Shown: piece after piece, positions 28,080 through 40,100 of the stretch
How positions within the stretch are numbered: position 1 is the stretch's first letter
Layout of the letters: every line of letters starts with the position of its first letter
Made by a program: the position numbers and the translations under genes
NCBI GenBank assembly: GCA_050633245.1
Contig: JBOEGD010000018.1
Span: forward strand, 1 to 64,000
Direction: 5' to 3'
DNA from: Calditrichia bacterium
Lineage (GTDB): Bacteria > Calditrichota > Calditrichia > RBG-13-44-9 > J075
DNA length: 64,000 nt
The notes under the pieces: generated by a model
The model's database searches: none
Seen by the model: only the letters and a program-made list of their open reading frames with translations
What the model was told of the DNA's origin: nothing

Positions 28080-29234
28080 CTATTCGGCCCTGGTAGACGG
28101 GGACTCGCTACGAAAGGTGCCCGGTGAAACACCAGTGGCTTTTTTGAAAGCAGCATAAAAGGTGGAGCGCGATTTAAAACCGGCATCGCCTGCAATTCCA
28201 TCGATGCTGATGTGGGCCAACGCAGGATCAACTAACATTGACTTAGCCGCTTCAACCCGATACCCATTTACAAAGTCCATAAAATTCTGATCCAGTTGTT
28301 CATTAACCACCTGAGATACATAGCGATAGGGAATGTCGATTTGCTTCGCCGCATCGCGTAGCGTCAGCTCCTGTGTCAGGTAGGGCTTGTTTTGCTCGAA
28401 GTGCTGTTTCAGCGTGTTTAGATGAGCTGCTTTTTGCGTATCGTCCAGCTGAGAGGAAACATATCTTTCATCTTCCTGCACTTTACCGGATAGCTTAAGA
28501 GCCGAAGAAATACCGTGAAAAACCTCTGGACGCACTAGCGCAATAAAGGTAATGGCACTCATAAAGATGAACATGGCAAGTCCTGCCATTAGTTGATAGG
28601 GTGTGCGAAGGGTAAATACCGCCAGAAGCAAAAACAGCATCACCAACAGGCCGGTGAATAGCTTGAGCCACTGGATGCTTATTTCATCACGAAAGGAGGC
28701 GACATTCAGCACATGTTTTTCAAAGCGGCGGATCCAGAAAAATGAAAGAAGCACATAAATGCAGGTTACAATAAATCCGATGCGTATACCGGGGATCATG
28801 CTACGATAGATTTCATGCTCAAGATAACCTGAGATCATCATTGAGCGCAGCTCCGGCTCTGCAGGAAGAAGCGGGAGCAACAAAGACAGATGTATTAAGG
28901 CCGGGATGAAATGCAGAAGACGACTTGCCTTAAAGAGGTAGCCGGAGTCTACAGCGGTTCGCACATAGAAATAGATCAGTGGGCCAAAAATGAGCGCCAT
29001 TGCGCCCCATAAATGGACAGTCCAGTATGGGGCCGTTTCGATTTGTATGCCGGACAGCCTTCTGGCAGAGCCGAGAAGCATTAGCATCAGGAAAAGCATT
29101 ATACCTGCAAACATTCTGTTGGAAGTCTTATTCTCCGACTTCCAACAGCAACTTGCAAGGCATAACATTGCTGCCTGGAATGCACCCAGGAGCATCAAAA
29201 GTTGTGTAGGGTTCAACGTTTTTTCCAGACCCAT
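28080..29234 (-). CDS. Membrane-anchored AraC-family regulator
   Basis: About seven TMs, then AraC HTH (NFMDFVNGYRV…AGFKSRSTFYAAFKKATGVSP). Confidence 0.9.
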   Translation of the reverse strand: MGLEKTLNPTQLLMLLGAFQAAMLCLASCCWKSENKTSNRMFAGIMLFLMLMLLGSARRLSGIQIETAPYWTVHLWGAMALIFGPLIYFYVRTAVDSGYLFKASRLLHFIPALIHLSLLLPLLPAEPELRSMMISGYLEHEIYRSMIPGIRIGFIVTCIYVLLSFFWIRRFEKHVLNVASFRDEISIQWLKLFTGLLVMLFLLLAVFTLRTPYQLMAGLAMFIFMSAITFIALVRPEVFHGISSALKLSGKVQEDERYVSSQLDDTQKAAHLNTLKQHFEQNKPYLTQELTLRDAAKQIDIPYRYVSQVVNEQLDQNFMDFVNGYRVEAAKSMLVDPALAHISIDGIAGDAGFKSRSTFYAAFKKATGVSPGTFRSESPSTRAE

Positions 29235-29283
29235 TTCGCAGGCTCCGTGGGCTAGTAAACTTTTCCTTGATAGCTGCTTTATA

Positions 29284-29311
29284 AAATATGCCCCATCAAT
29301 GGGGCATATTT
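29284..29311 (-). terminator. Intrinsic terminator-like hairpin
   Basis: AAATATGCCCCAT-CA-ATGGGGCATATTT. Confidence 0.55.
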
Positions 29312-29347
29312 CTTTAAGTCTCTTCCAGTATCATTAACTGCGGAACT

Positions 29348-29536
29348 CTAATACTGTTCCAACTCCTCAGCGGTAAACAACTCCGTTCTGTCTTTCGTTG
29401 CCTCGCGCCATTTGGTGACCTGCTCTACCGGAAACCAGGGATTTGAAAAGCTGAAAGAGTTTCGGGTAAAGATGAGCAAAGCAGCAATGTCTTCATCGCT
29501 CAAATTCGGATTGTTTTTAATGATATCGCGATTGAC
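29348..29536 (-). pseudogene. C-terminal remnant of a cytochrome c-type domain protein
   Basis: Open frame with no start: NPNLSDEDIAALLIFTRNSF…WREATKDRTELFTAEELEQY*, resembling the LSDEEIAAVLTYIRNSW tail. No CxxCH is left. Confidence 0.55.
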
Positions 29537-29804
29537 CTAATTTCGGCGAGCTTGCGGAAGGCCGTATTATGCTCCAGAATCACTGGAATACCGTCCACTT
29601 TCGCAGCATAAAGATTCGAGAGTTGTAAATTTCTCAATGTGCTTCACACTTTCTCGAGAATCCCGAATGCCTTAGAATTAAGGTGTTTGGGTCTTCTGCT
29701 TACCTTATCAATCTAATACTACCTCCGTTCTCAATATAATAAGGCCGGTCATGTTGTCGAGCAGAGAAGTGGCGAATACAGGGTCTTGCGTTCGATTCTT
29801 AATT

Positions 29805-29820
29805 TGGTACGGTATTTGAA
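29805..29820 (+). promoter_or_regulatory. Possible sigma-54 (-24/-12) promoter
   Basis: TGGTACG-GTAT-TTGAA about 110 bp upstream of 29930. The -12 element is GA rather than the canonical GC. Confidence 0.35.
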
Positions 29821-29929
29821 CAAGATTTAGCTAACTGAAATGGAAAAAAATCCTTCAGGTAACCCAAAACTCCGTAGGCGATGGTCTTCTATGATCATCG
29901 CTGCGGCCCTCCATTAAAAAGGCAACCCA

Positions 29930-32900
29930 ATGTTAAAATCAACCCGTTATTTTTATAGTAGCTGTGCAAATATAATACTCCTCTGTTTGGGCAGTTTCGT
30001 GTTTGGACCAATACAACTTTCCGCGCAGAACTCTTTGCCTTCAGATAAGTACGGTGTTATCGCGAAACACCACTTTAAGGTCCTTGTCTTCTCTAAAACC
30101 GCGGGATTTCGGCATGGCTCCATTCCCGATGGTATTGCTGCCATACAACTATTGGGTATGCAAAATCTGTTTGATGTGGACGCCACTGAGAACGCTGCAG
30201 ATTTTACCGACGCCAATCTTGCGCAGTACGATGCGGTGATATTTCTAAACACCACCGGAGACGTGTTAAACGACACCCAACAGGAAGCATTTGAACGCTA
30301 TATCCGTGCGAATGGTGGATTTGTTGGCATCCACGCGGCTTCAGATACCGAGTATGGCTGGCCGTGGTATGGCGACTTGGTCGGCGCGTATTTTGATAGC
30401 CACCCCAATATTCAGACCGCTGAAATTGTGGTGGCCGATCGCTTCCATCCCTCTACAACCGTTCTGCCGGAACGCTGGCAGCGTAACGATGAGTGGTATA
30501 ACTTTCAGTCAAACCCGCGCGGCGATGTGCATATTTTAGCCACGCTGAGCGAAAATAGTTACTCTGGTGGAAATATGGGATACGATCACCCCATTGCCTG
30601 GTGCCACGAGTACGACGGTGGACGTGCCTGGTATACCGCTGGCGGACATACCAATGCCAGCTACTCGGAACCGGATTTTTTGCAACACATACTTGGTGGA
30701 ATTCGCTTTGCTGCAGGTGATGTGAGTGCTGAATGTGGTGCGACGATCGAGCAAAACTACGAGAAGGTTGTGCTTGATGACAATACGCAAAATCCAATGG
30801 AGCTTGCCGTTGCCCCCGATGGCCGCGTTTTCTATGTAGAGCGAACCGGTGAGGTGAAGCGTTTTGATCCGGCAGACAATTCAGTGCAGCAGGTGGCGCA
30901 ACTAAATGTCTCTACTGCTCAGGAAGACGGTTTGCTAGGTATTGCCCTAGATCCAGATTTCGATACCAATCAGTGGATATATTTGTTCTATTCTCCCGCC
31001 GGCACGATTCCGCGTCAGCTTGTCTCCCGCTTTACCTATACGAATGACATAATTGATTTAGGCTCCGAAGTTGTGCTGCTGGAAATACCGGTTCAGCGGG
31101 ATGAATGCTGTCATTCAGGTGGCTCGCTTTCCTTTGGGCCAAACGGCAATTTATTTATCTCAACCGGCGATAACGTGAATCCCTTTGCCTCCGACGGCTA
31201 TACGCCTATCGATGAGCAGCCAAATCGTGCGGCATGGGATGCGCAGGGAAGCTCGGCAAATCGTAACGACCTGCGTGGTAAAATTCTACGCATTAAACCT
31301 GAGGCAAACGGCAATTATACCATACCTGCAGGAAATCTCTTCCCCGAGAACGGCACGGATGGACGCCCGGAAATCTATACGATGGGTCTGCGAAATCCAT
31401 TTCGTTTCTCGGTCGATCCAACGAATGGCTGGCTTTACTGGGGCGATATTGGTCCGGACGCTGGATCGGATAACGCATCGCGTGGCCCGAAAGGATACGA
31501 TGAATTTAACCAGGCGCGTGAGGCAGGTAATTTCGGCTGGCCTTACAGCATTGCGGATAATAAGCCGTATCGCGATTACAACTTTGCTAACGGACAACCG
31601 GGGCAGCTATTCGATCCACTAGCACCTATAAATACCTCTCCCAATAATACGGGAAGTCAGACCTTGCCTCCTGCAAAGCCGGCTTGGATCTGGTATCCAT
31701 ATGAAGCCTCGTCGGAATTCCCTGAGTTGGAAGCCGGAACGCGCACCGGTCTTGCCGGGCCGGTATTCTACCACGACCCGTCGAATCAGTCTGAAAACCG
31801 ACTTCCACAGTATTTTGACAATACACTGTTTATTTATGAGTGGAGCCGTAGCTACATAAAAGAGGTGAAGCTCGATCAAAATGGAGCCCCGTTAAAGATA
31901 AATGACTTCCTTCCCGGAACAGAATTTCTACGTCCAATCGATATGGAGCTCGGGCCGGATGGCGTGCTATATATTTTGGAATGGGGCACGGGCTTTGGCG
32001 GAAATAATCCAGACTCGAAGCTCAGCCGTATTGATTTTGTGCGCGGCAGTCGTTCTCCGATAGCTATTGCCCGAGCCGAGCCAAGCTCCGGTCCATTACC
32101 GCTTAATGTTCAGTTCTACGGTGAGGATTCTTTTGATCCGGACTTTGGAGAAACGCTGAGCTTTGCATGGAGTTTTTTGGGCGATAACACGATTAACAGC
32201 ACCGATATGAATCCCACATTTACCTACACAGCTGCCGGTGTTTATATGGCTCGTCTTACAGTTACCGATCCCGATAGCAACGAAGCTGTTGTCAATATTC
32301 CGATAACTGCCGGTAACTCCGAGCCCGAGGTGACAATCTCGGCACCGGCGGAAGGCGGCTTTTATCGCTGGGGGGATGCCGTCGAGTTTGCCTTATCCGT
32401 AACGGATGTTGAGGATGGTAGCACAGCCAACGGGACAATTGATTGCGACTCTGTGGTTTTTCAAGCCCTGATTGGGCATAATGACCACGCTCATCCACTG
32501 GATCAGTTCAACGCCTGTGATGGAAGTTTTGACGTCGTTGACGGGCACGGCGGCGATGCAGACAATCTGTTTTATGTTGTGGAAGGAAGCTATACTGATC
32601 GCGGGGCTCCCGGAACCGGACAATTAACCGGCCGGGATATTCAACGTATAAATCCAATGCGCCTTGAAGCAGAATATTTTAGTCAAAACAATGGTGTGCA
32701 GCTCGAAACAACCGGTGATATTTTGGGTGGCGGAGAGAATATCGGATTTATTGCTCATGGCGACTACATTACCTTCGAGAGCCTGGATTTACGCAATATA
32801 GACTTTATGACATTCAGAGTTGCATCTGCCGGTGTTGGTGGGAGAATTGAAGTACGAACAAATGCCACGACTGGCCAGCTTTTGGGTACCGCCTATGTGG

Positions 32901-33811
32901 AACCGACGGGGGACTGGCAGTTTTATCGCAGTGTGACCATCCCGATAACCGATCCCGGTGGAAGTAATGAGATTTTCTTCCTCTTTCTGAATCAGCCCGG
33001 AAACGATGGTCTGTTCAATGTCAATTGGATTGATTTTCACGGCACCGGTATCTCTGTGCCGGATCCACTGGACCCTGATGGATTATCAGCTTCGTATTTC
33101 GATACGCCGGATCTTGCCGGTGGTGCGCGAGTGCAACGTGTCGATCCCATGGTCAACTTCAACTGGGATCAGTATTCGCCTGCTCCCAGCATCGACAATA
33201 ATACATTCTCGGTGCGATGGAGTGGTTTCTTACGTGCTCCGGAAACCGGAAACTACCGCTTTTATACCCGTACTGACGACGGTGTACGCTTGTGGATTGA
33301 CGGTGATCTTAAAATTGATCAATGGCAGCCACAGGGCGCTACAGAGTATCAGACGAATAACATCCCGCTACAGCGCGGTAATTTTTATCATATCAAGATG
33401 GAATATTTTGATGACCAAGGCTTAGCACAGGCCGACTTGTCCTGGTTTGGACCATCCATTCCCAAACAGACTATCGGCCGCGAATATCTCTATCGCGAGG
33501 GACATCCGGTAGGCTTGGAAGCTGGCGATGATGGACAGATTATTCCTAAAGAACTGGTACTCTTTCAGGCGTATCCGAACCCATTTAACCCCAGCACGAC
33601 TCTTTCGTTCAGCTTGCCTCGCCGACTGGACGTCAAACTAAGAATCTTTGACGTCTTGGGACGTGAAGTGGCGTTAGTCCTAGAAGAATCTCTTCCTGCC
33701 GGAAGCCACGTGATGAAATTTGATGCTGCCGACCTTGCGACCGGTGCATATTTTTATCGTCTGGAAACGGCAGTTGGAGTGAAAGTGAAAAGAATGATGC
33801 TTCTAAAGTAA
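29930..33811 (+). CDS. Secreted ThuA-like + glucose/sorbosone dehydrogenase beta-propeller + PKD + CBM6 + PA14 + C-terminal sorting domain protein
   Basis: VLVFSKTAGFRHGSI (ThuA), CCHSGG and MGLRNPFR (GSDH), PKD, RVASAG…TGDWQ (CBM6), FSVRWSG…DDGVRLWID (PA14), YPNPFNPST tail. Confidence 0.88.
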   Translation: MLKSTRYFYSSCANIILLCLGSFVFGPIQLSAQNSLPSDKYGVIAKHHFKVLVFSKTAGFRHGSIPDGIAAIQLLGMQNLFDVDATENAADFTDANLAQYDAVIFLNTTGDVLNDTQQEAFERYIRANGGFVGIHAASDTEYGWPWYGDLVGAYFDSHPNIQTAEIVVADRFHPSTTVLPERWQRNDEWYNFQSNPRGDVHILATLSENSYSGGNMGYDHPIAWCHEYDGGRAWYTAGGHTNASYSEPDFLQHILGGIRFAAGDVSAECGATIEQNYEKVVLDDNTQNPMELAVAPDGRVFYVERTGEVKRFDPADNSVQQVAQLNVSTAQEDGLLGIALDPDFDTNQWIYLFYSPAGTIPRQLVSRFTYTNDIIDLGSEVVLLEIPVQRDECCHSGGSLSFGPNGNLFISTGDNVNPFASDGYTPIDEQPNRAAWDAQGSSANRNDLRGKILRIKPEANGNYTIPAGNLFPENGTDGRPEIYTMGLRNPFRFSVDPTNGWLYWGDIGPDAGSDNASRGPKGYDEFNQAREAGNFGWPYSIADNKPYRDYNFANGQPGQLFDPLAPINTSPNNTGSQTLPPAKPAWIWYPYEASSEFPELEAGTRTGLAGPVFYHDPSNQSENRLPQYFDNTLFIYEWSRSYIKEVKLDQNGAPLKINDFLPGTEFLRPIDMELGPDGVLYILEWGTGFGGNNPDSKLSRIDFVRGSRSPIAIARAEPSSGPLPLNVQFYGEDSFDPDFGETLSFAWSFLGDNTINSTDMNPTFTYTAAGVYMARLTVTDPDSNEAVVNIPITAGNSEPEVTISAPAEGGFYRWGDAVEFALSVTDVEDGSTANGTIDCDSVVFQALIGHNDHAHPLDQFNACDGSFDVVDGHGGDADNLFYVVEGSYTDRGAPGTGQLTGRDIQRINPMRLEAEYFSQNNGVQLETTGDILGGGENIGFIAHGDYITFESLDLRNIDFMTFRVASAGVGGRIEVRTNATTGQLLGTAYVEPTGDWQFYRSVTIPITDPGGSNEIFFLFLNQPGNDGLFNVNWIDFHGTGISVPDPLDPDGLSASYFDTPDLAGGARVQRVDPMVNFNWDQYSPAPSIDNNTFSVRWSGFLRAPETGNYRFYTRTDDGVRLWIDGDLKIDQWQPQGATEYQTNNIPLQRGNFYHIKMEYFDDQGLAQADLSWFGPSIPKQTIGREYLYREGHPVGLEAGDDGQIIPKELVLFQAYPNPFNPSTTLSFSLPRRLDVKLRIFDVLGREVALVLEESLPAGSHVMKFDAADLATGAYFYRLETAVGVKVKRMMLLK

Positions 33812-34141
33812 GATTCTCTCCGCATGTTTTTGTGAAAGAAAAGAAACAATCGAATTATTCCACATAACCTGGGTAAAGCAGGCGAAGGTCTGACTTACCC
33901 GGGCATTTCCCAACCGAACTTTGTTGTCTAATATCAGAATTTACATTTTATTAATACCTTGATGCCAATTGTTGCAGAAAACCTTATAAATTTTAGAAAT
34001 TTCCCTATGAAGCCGACTATAGTATGAATAAAATAGAGCCACACATACGGGATGCGGAAACTCCGTCTAATGGGTTTGACTGAAAGTGGATTGAACGATT
34101 CATCTCCTTATCCATAGAGAGAGAAGTAGGAAAGTGAATAG

Positions 34142-35995
34142 ATGCTAAAAAAAGATTTAAATAGATTAGATGTGTTTTGCCTGGCATCCGGAGCGATGAT
34201 TAGCTCGGGACTTTTCGTATTGCCGGGCATTGCATTTGAAGTGGCCGGACCGGCCATGATTCTCGCTTATGCTCTTGCGAGTATTTTTATTATCCCTGCC
34301 ATGCTGTCTCAGGCTGAACTCGTAACGGCCATGCCGAAAGCAGGGGGTAGCTATTTTTTCATAGAACGCAGTCTTGGACCGTTGATGGGAACCTATGCCG
34401 GTTTCCTTAACTGGTTGTCCATTGCTCTGAAAGCCGGGTTTGCTCTAATTGGGGTTGGAGCCGTCGGCGCCCAGTTTTTGCCGGTGGCACCCGAGCTGGG
34501 TGTTAAGATCATTGCCATTGTAGGATGCGTCATATTTACAATTGCAAATCTGGTGTCGGTGAAAAGCGTTGGGAGCTTGCAGACAGTATTGGTGTTTATC
34601 CTGCTGGGTATCCTTGTGCTGCATATCGGGGTTGGGGTTAATGCAGTTGACACCGGTATGTATTCGCATTTTGTGACCACCGATATCGAAACGCTATTTG
34701 CTGTTGCCGGAATGATATTTGTTTCTTTTGGCGGTCTTACCAAGGTTGCGAGCGTTGGAGAAGAGGTTACGGACCCGGGCCGTAATCTACCGCAGGGTAT
34801 GTTTCTCGCATTTGGTGTGGTTAGCGTGCTCTATGTGCTGGTGATTTTGGTTACCGTTGGCACTGTCCCCGCCGAAAAACTTTCAGGTTCGCTCGTTCCG
34901 ATTGCACTCAGTGCCGAGCAGATCTTTGGCCGTTGGGGAATTATTGCCGTTGAGACTGCTTCACTACTGGCATTTATTACCACTGCAAATGCGGGAATTC
35001 TTTCCGCCTCCAGATCTCCTTTGGCAATGAGTCGCGATGGATTGGTGCCCGAAGCACTTTCCCACACCAGTAAACGATTTCGCACACCACATACCGCGAT
35101 TATTCTTACCTCTATCTTTATCATACTAGTCGTCGCGATATTGTCGATTGAGAATCTAATCAAAACGGCTTCAACCATGATGATTCTGATGTTCATTCTG
35201 GTAAATGTTGCCGTGCTCGTTATGCGAAGCAGTAAGCTGCAAAGCTATCAGCCGGTGTATCGTGCGCCGTTCTATCCGTGGCTTCAGATCATTTCCATCG
35301 TGCTATATGTCTTCCTGATATTTGAAATGGGAACGATTCCCTTGCTGATCACGGGTGGATTTGGAGTACTCGCAGGTGCCTGGTACATCTTTTATGTGTG
35401 GCGTAAGATTGACCGAGAATCTGCATTTATCTATTTGGTAAAATCGATAACCTCAAAGGAAATTGTTCGCACCGACCTTGAAGATGAACTGCGACAGATT
35501 TCGCTTGAGCGTAGTGGAGCAGAGCTGGATCGCTTCGATCACCTATTACATGAATGTGTAATACTCGATTTTGATGAAGCAATGACGGCACAAGAACTCT
35601 TTCATCGGATGGCCGCAGAGCTTTCCACACATATGGATTTGGATGAGGAGACGCTCTACAACTCTTTTATCGATCGGGAAAAAGAGTCCAGCACCGTTAT
35701 TTCCCCAGGATTGGCTATTCCACACGTGATTGTAGAAGGGGAGGGCATATTCGATATTTTGCCGGTCCGCTGTAAAGGTGGTGTGACTTTCTCGGAGCTT
35801 CATCAACCCGTTCAAACCGTTATTGCTCTTGTCGGGTCCGAGGATGAGCGTAATTATCATTTGCGTGCACTGATGAGCATTGCTCACTTGGTTCAAAACC
35901 CCGAGTTTAAGACCAACTGGATGAAAGCTCGCAACATCGAGCAACTTCGCGATGTCGCCTTGCTGTCACGTCCGCGGGTAAATGGAGAAGAATAA
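34142..35995 (+). CDS. APC-family amino acid permease fused to a PTS EIIA (Ntr/Fru-type) domain
   Basis: GAMISSGLF, AELVTAMPKAGGSY, multiple TMs, C-terminal REKESST…GLAIPH. Confidence 0.9.
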   Translation: MLKKDLNRLDVFCLASGAMISSGLFVLPGIAFEVAGPAMILAYALASIFIIPAMLSQAELVTAMPKAGGSYFFIERSLGPLMGTYAGFLNWLSIALKAGFALIGVGAVGAQFLPVAPELGVKIIAIVGCVIFTIANLVSVKSVGSLQTVLVFILLGILVLHIGVGVNAVDTGMYSHFVTTDIETLFAVAGMIFVSFGGLTKVASVGEEVTDPGRNLPQGMFLAFGVVSVLYVLVILVTVGTVPAEKLSGSLVPIALSAEQIFGRWGIIAVETASLLAFITTANAGILSASRSPLAMSRDGLVPEALSHTSKRFRTPHTAIILTSIFIILVVAILSIENLIKTASTMMILMFILVNVAVLVMRSSKLQSYQPVYRAPFYPWLQIISIVLYVFLIFEMGTIPLLITGGFGVLAGAWYIFYVWRKIDRESAFIYLVKSITSKEIVRTDLEDELRQISLERSGAELDRFDHLLHECVILDFDEAMTAQELFHRMAAELSTHMDLDEETLYNSFIDREKESSTVISPGLAIPHVIVEGEGIFDILPVRCKGGVTFSELHQPVQTVIALVGSEDERNYHLRALMSIAHLVQNPEFKTNWMKARNIEQLRDVALLSRPRVNGEE

Positions 35996-36310
35996 GACAA
36001 TTGTTCAATGGCTGCTTCGATACGGTCGCGGCAGCCGTTGGTAACGATGTGTGGCAATTTTTGACTCTCGAACTACCCAATCCTCTAAATAAGAGTTGTG
36101 AATTATTTAACTTGTTCAACGCGCGAAAATTCGTTGACATGTGTATAAACAGTGGCTTTATTAAATTACCTCCAACTAAATACGTCTCGCGCTTATTTGT
36201 TCTTTCTGCGCTCTTGACTTCCTTTTGATGCTCGAAAACAATGCATGAATTTCATCTGCAACGGTGCAAATGGTGTGGCGTTGTATGTGTTCACCTAACA
36301 TAAATCCAGA

Positions 36311-36979
36311 ATGGAGCATGTTATGAAAGTTATGTTTTCCGGTAACGAGAATCATTTTATCACGAAAGCCGGCTTCGATGGGCTTGTTAACAGGTATCAA
36401 GCGCTTCCAGCGAAGACCTCTAAGGGGCTCGGTGGCTACATTAGCAAGGAAGCTCTGAAATGCCTGCTTGCTCATCCTGATGCAATCGGACTGCGTTATT
36501 ATTACGGTCTGACTGAGACGCAAACACCCGGATTGCTATGGGTTGCCAGTTCGATAAAGGGAACAGATCTCATTGAATAAAATTTTATTAAGCTCTCTGG
36601 TTTCAGCCCAAAATCCCCTCAAAACATGTCAAGTTTTGTCAACAAAGACTACGCTGTTTCTATAGATGATGCCGTTGCGTTGACTGCACGTTATCAACAG
36701 CAGGCTGATGAGAACTCCGTAAAAGCGGGGTTCTTTGGCCGCGATGCACTGCACAAACTTTTGGATCAGTATAGTTGCATTGGCATCAATTTTTACTATG
36801 GTATGAGTGCCGATGAAGCCAGAGTGCTTTTACTGGTTGGTGTAGATGAAAAGCATGAAGAACTTCAACGCGGTATTTTGCTGGAGTATTCGGTGCCCTG
36901 TCCGCCCTGGTGTGCAGCAGAGTCTGTACTTGCCGGAACGATCTCCGCAATTAGCACGCAGCGGTTGGATTCAAAGTAA
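36311..36979 (+). pseudogene. Tandem-domain hypothetical protein (GLRYYYG / GINFYYG…CPPWC) split by an in-frame TAA, or two small paralogous genes
   Basis: 36311-36580 and 36626-36979 are homologous and in the same frame, with an open 15-codon linker. Confidence 0.55.
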
Positions 36980-36996
36980 ATTCTGAAAAATTCATG

Positions 36997-37033
36997 GATC
37001 TCATAGCACATTATTGCTGTGAGATCTTTTTTT
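36997..37033 (+). terminator. Intrinsic terminator
   Basis: GATCTCATAGCA/TGCTGTGAGATC stem followed by T7. Confidence 0.75.
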
Positions 37034-37163
37034 CCTCAACCAGTAAAACCTGTATTATGGGTTTGAGATGCCTCCTGCTCTGATTATTTTAATAGATACC
37101 ATCCGGAGCAACAACTAATCCTCCTGCCGGATAGGGAAATCGCTATTCGAATGGATTCGCAAC

Positions 37164-40100
37164 ATGACGCCTGTGCGGCTTTTTACAATATATGATAATC
37201 TGGACCCACTCCAGCAGTCGATTGTTCAAATTTGTTCTATTGCCTATCGAGGGCAATCTAAAGAAGATTTGTTGAAGTGCCTTGATAAAGCCAATATCTG
37301 CAAGCCTGCCGGTTTGGCATACGAATATGAAGACCTCAAGCCAATCCTGGAAAAATTGGTCGAACAGGATATCCTTTCCATTACCAGGCAGATCAGCTGT
37401 AATCCGCAACTCATTGAATATGTAATGAGGAAGATCTATCTGCGTCCGCCGTTTAAGAAGCTGTTATCTGTGGTTAGGGATGTTCATCCACTCGAACGAA
37501 ATGGGTTCAGCTATAGCTTTGGCGGCTTAAATTTATTGGATGAAAACGTTCCACGCGAAATCCGACTGGCCATTTACGAGGGAGACGGTGATCGCTATAA
37601 TCGACTTGTCGGCTATGCTGAAAGTCGACAACTACACAATTTGCCAACGTTCTTTTTGCAAATGGTTTGCGCGAATCCATTCGAGCCTGAATGGTTCGCC
37701 AGGTTGTATAAGCCCTTCCGTGAAGCAGCAATGACCGAGATCGTGCATAATGCGATTCTGATGTTAGAACCCTGTCATGCCTACCTGACTTATCTGAAGA
37801 GTCTCGATTCAAGCGATTTATCGTCGACTATGGCAGAAAACCTTGCCCTCATTCTTTTGATACGTGGACAAACAAGTGCTGCCACAGAATTGCTGGAAAC
37901 CTCGGTGGAATCCGGAAGTGCAGACGTGAGTTTCGCTCTTATTCAACTCTTAAGCGGTAACGTGGATAGGTCGCTTCCTCTTTTTCGAAGCGCGTTGAAA
38001 TATCATCGAAAGTTGAGCCTTAACCGAAAGGACTTTTTGAGACATCCCGGAGGAGTCTTTTATTGGCTGGCGCTTTTGGCTGAGAACTCCCCAAGAGACC
38101 TTGATGAGCTCGAGAAGGTCGTTGCGGTAGATTATTCAAATCTTTCATCTACTGCGCTTGGCTGTTTGAAGGTTATGCAGATGGCAATGGTTTGCCTGCG
38201 AAGTTCCTCATCGGGAATGCCGAGCCGGTTATTGCTATCCGAAAATGGAGATGAAAAAGATAGCATCGTTGTCCTTTTCAAAAGTCTGATTATGCTGTGG
38301 TATTTTCAGGAAGAGCTGACTCAGCAGCATGGATTATTATACAACTATTTTTTGCAGGCTCGTCAATCGGGGCATCGTTGGCTGGAAATGGAGTTTGCAG
38401 CAATCCTGAAAGAGTCTGGTTATCGCGCTGCGAAAGTTGATGAGTCTGTTGAGAATCTTCCGGCACGATTAAAATTTACACCATTGGCTCATTTGCGCCA
38501 GCCTTTGTCGGCTTGGGAACGTTGCTTGAATGCTCTGGAGACACTTCCTGAAGACAGCTTTTCCAGCCTGAATTCGTTCTCAACTGAACGTTTGGTTTAT
38601 CTCGTTTCTACAGAATCGGATGGCAGTCTGCATTTTAGTCCGTATTTGCAGAAACGCAGTGCAAAAAAGGGATGGTCCAAAGGACGCGCCGTTGGCCTTG
38701 GACGTTTGTTACATGCAGATTTGGCCTGCATGAGCGCGCAAGATCATGAAATCGCTAAGACAATACTTCGAGAGCCTGGTTATTATGGAAATGAGAAGCT
38801 CTCCTTCGATACGTGGCAGGCTGCACTGGCCGCTGCTGGGCACCCACTGCTATTCTTAGCGGATTCTCCCGGTCATCCGGTTCAAATTATTCGTGATGTA
38901 CCAACAGTGGTTGTAGCCGGTAACTCAACTGGATTTTCAATTTCAATATCGGTTGCTCCACAAAAATCTGGAATAACAATTGTTGAAGAGGCAATGGATC
39001 GCTTTCGGATATTTGAGTTTACTCCGCAGCATCTTCGGGTAGCAGAAGTGCTGGGAAGTGAAGAAATGCTGATCCCGGCTGAGGGTGAGGAACAGCTTAG
39101 GCAAATGCTTGGAAAACTCTCCGGATTAATAACGATTTATTCCACGCTTGAAGGGGAGCACAATTCTGTTGTTGCTGTGGATGCCAAAGATGAGCTACAT
39201 GGTCATCTAATTCCTGTCGGTGATGGTTTTAAGCTGGAAATGTTGGTAAAGCCGGTAGGGCAGGACGGACCCTATTTAAAACCCGGAAAAGGCAGTCTCA
39301 ATATTCTGGCTACCATAAACGGTCAACGTTTGCAGGCGCGTCGCGATTTGGCTGCGGAAGAGCTGCGCATTGAAAAAGTTTTGGAGGCCTGCCCAGGCCT
39401 GCAGCTACTCGATACCGGAACAAATATCTGGGTTTTAGACGACCTGGAACATTGTTTAACGACGCTTCTTGAACTTCAGAAAATACCTGACCTTATCACG
39501 CTTGAATGGCCGGAAGGCCAGACGATGAAAATTCAATCTCGTCTCGATCTTAACAATGTCTCTATACGCATCGAACAGCAGCAAGATTGGTTCGGTCTTA
39601 GCGGTCGGGTAGAACTTGATGACAAAACCGTTATGCAAATGCATGAGCTATTAACTTTGCTTGACGACAGTCCATCTGGATTTGTGAAAATTCGAGCAGG
39701 TGAGTTTCTTGCTCTTACCGATTCATTGCAGCGTCGTTTAGAAGACTTGAAGGCTTTTTCACAAAAGAAAGCGAAGACGCTTGAAATCCATCCCACCGCT
39801 GCCTACGCACTGGAAGAGTTTTTACAGAGCTTTGGCAGTGCGCAGGTAGATGGCAGTTGGAAAGAGCATATTGCAAGATTAGAATCCGCAGAGGATATGG
39901 ATTTTGAGATTCCCTCCACGCTGCAAACGGAGCTGCGTGACTATCAAGTTCATGGCTTCAAATGGTTAGCACGTTTGTCTTACCTGAAATTTGGTGCCTG
40001 TTTAGCAGATGACATGGGATTGGGCAAAACTATTCAGGCTCTGGCGGTGTTGTTAATGCGAGCGAAAGAAGGGCCCGCCCTGGTTGTCGCCCCGGCGTCG

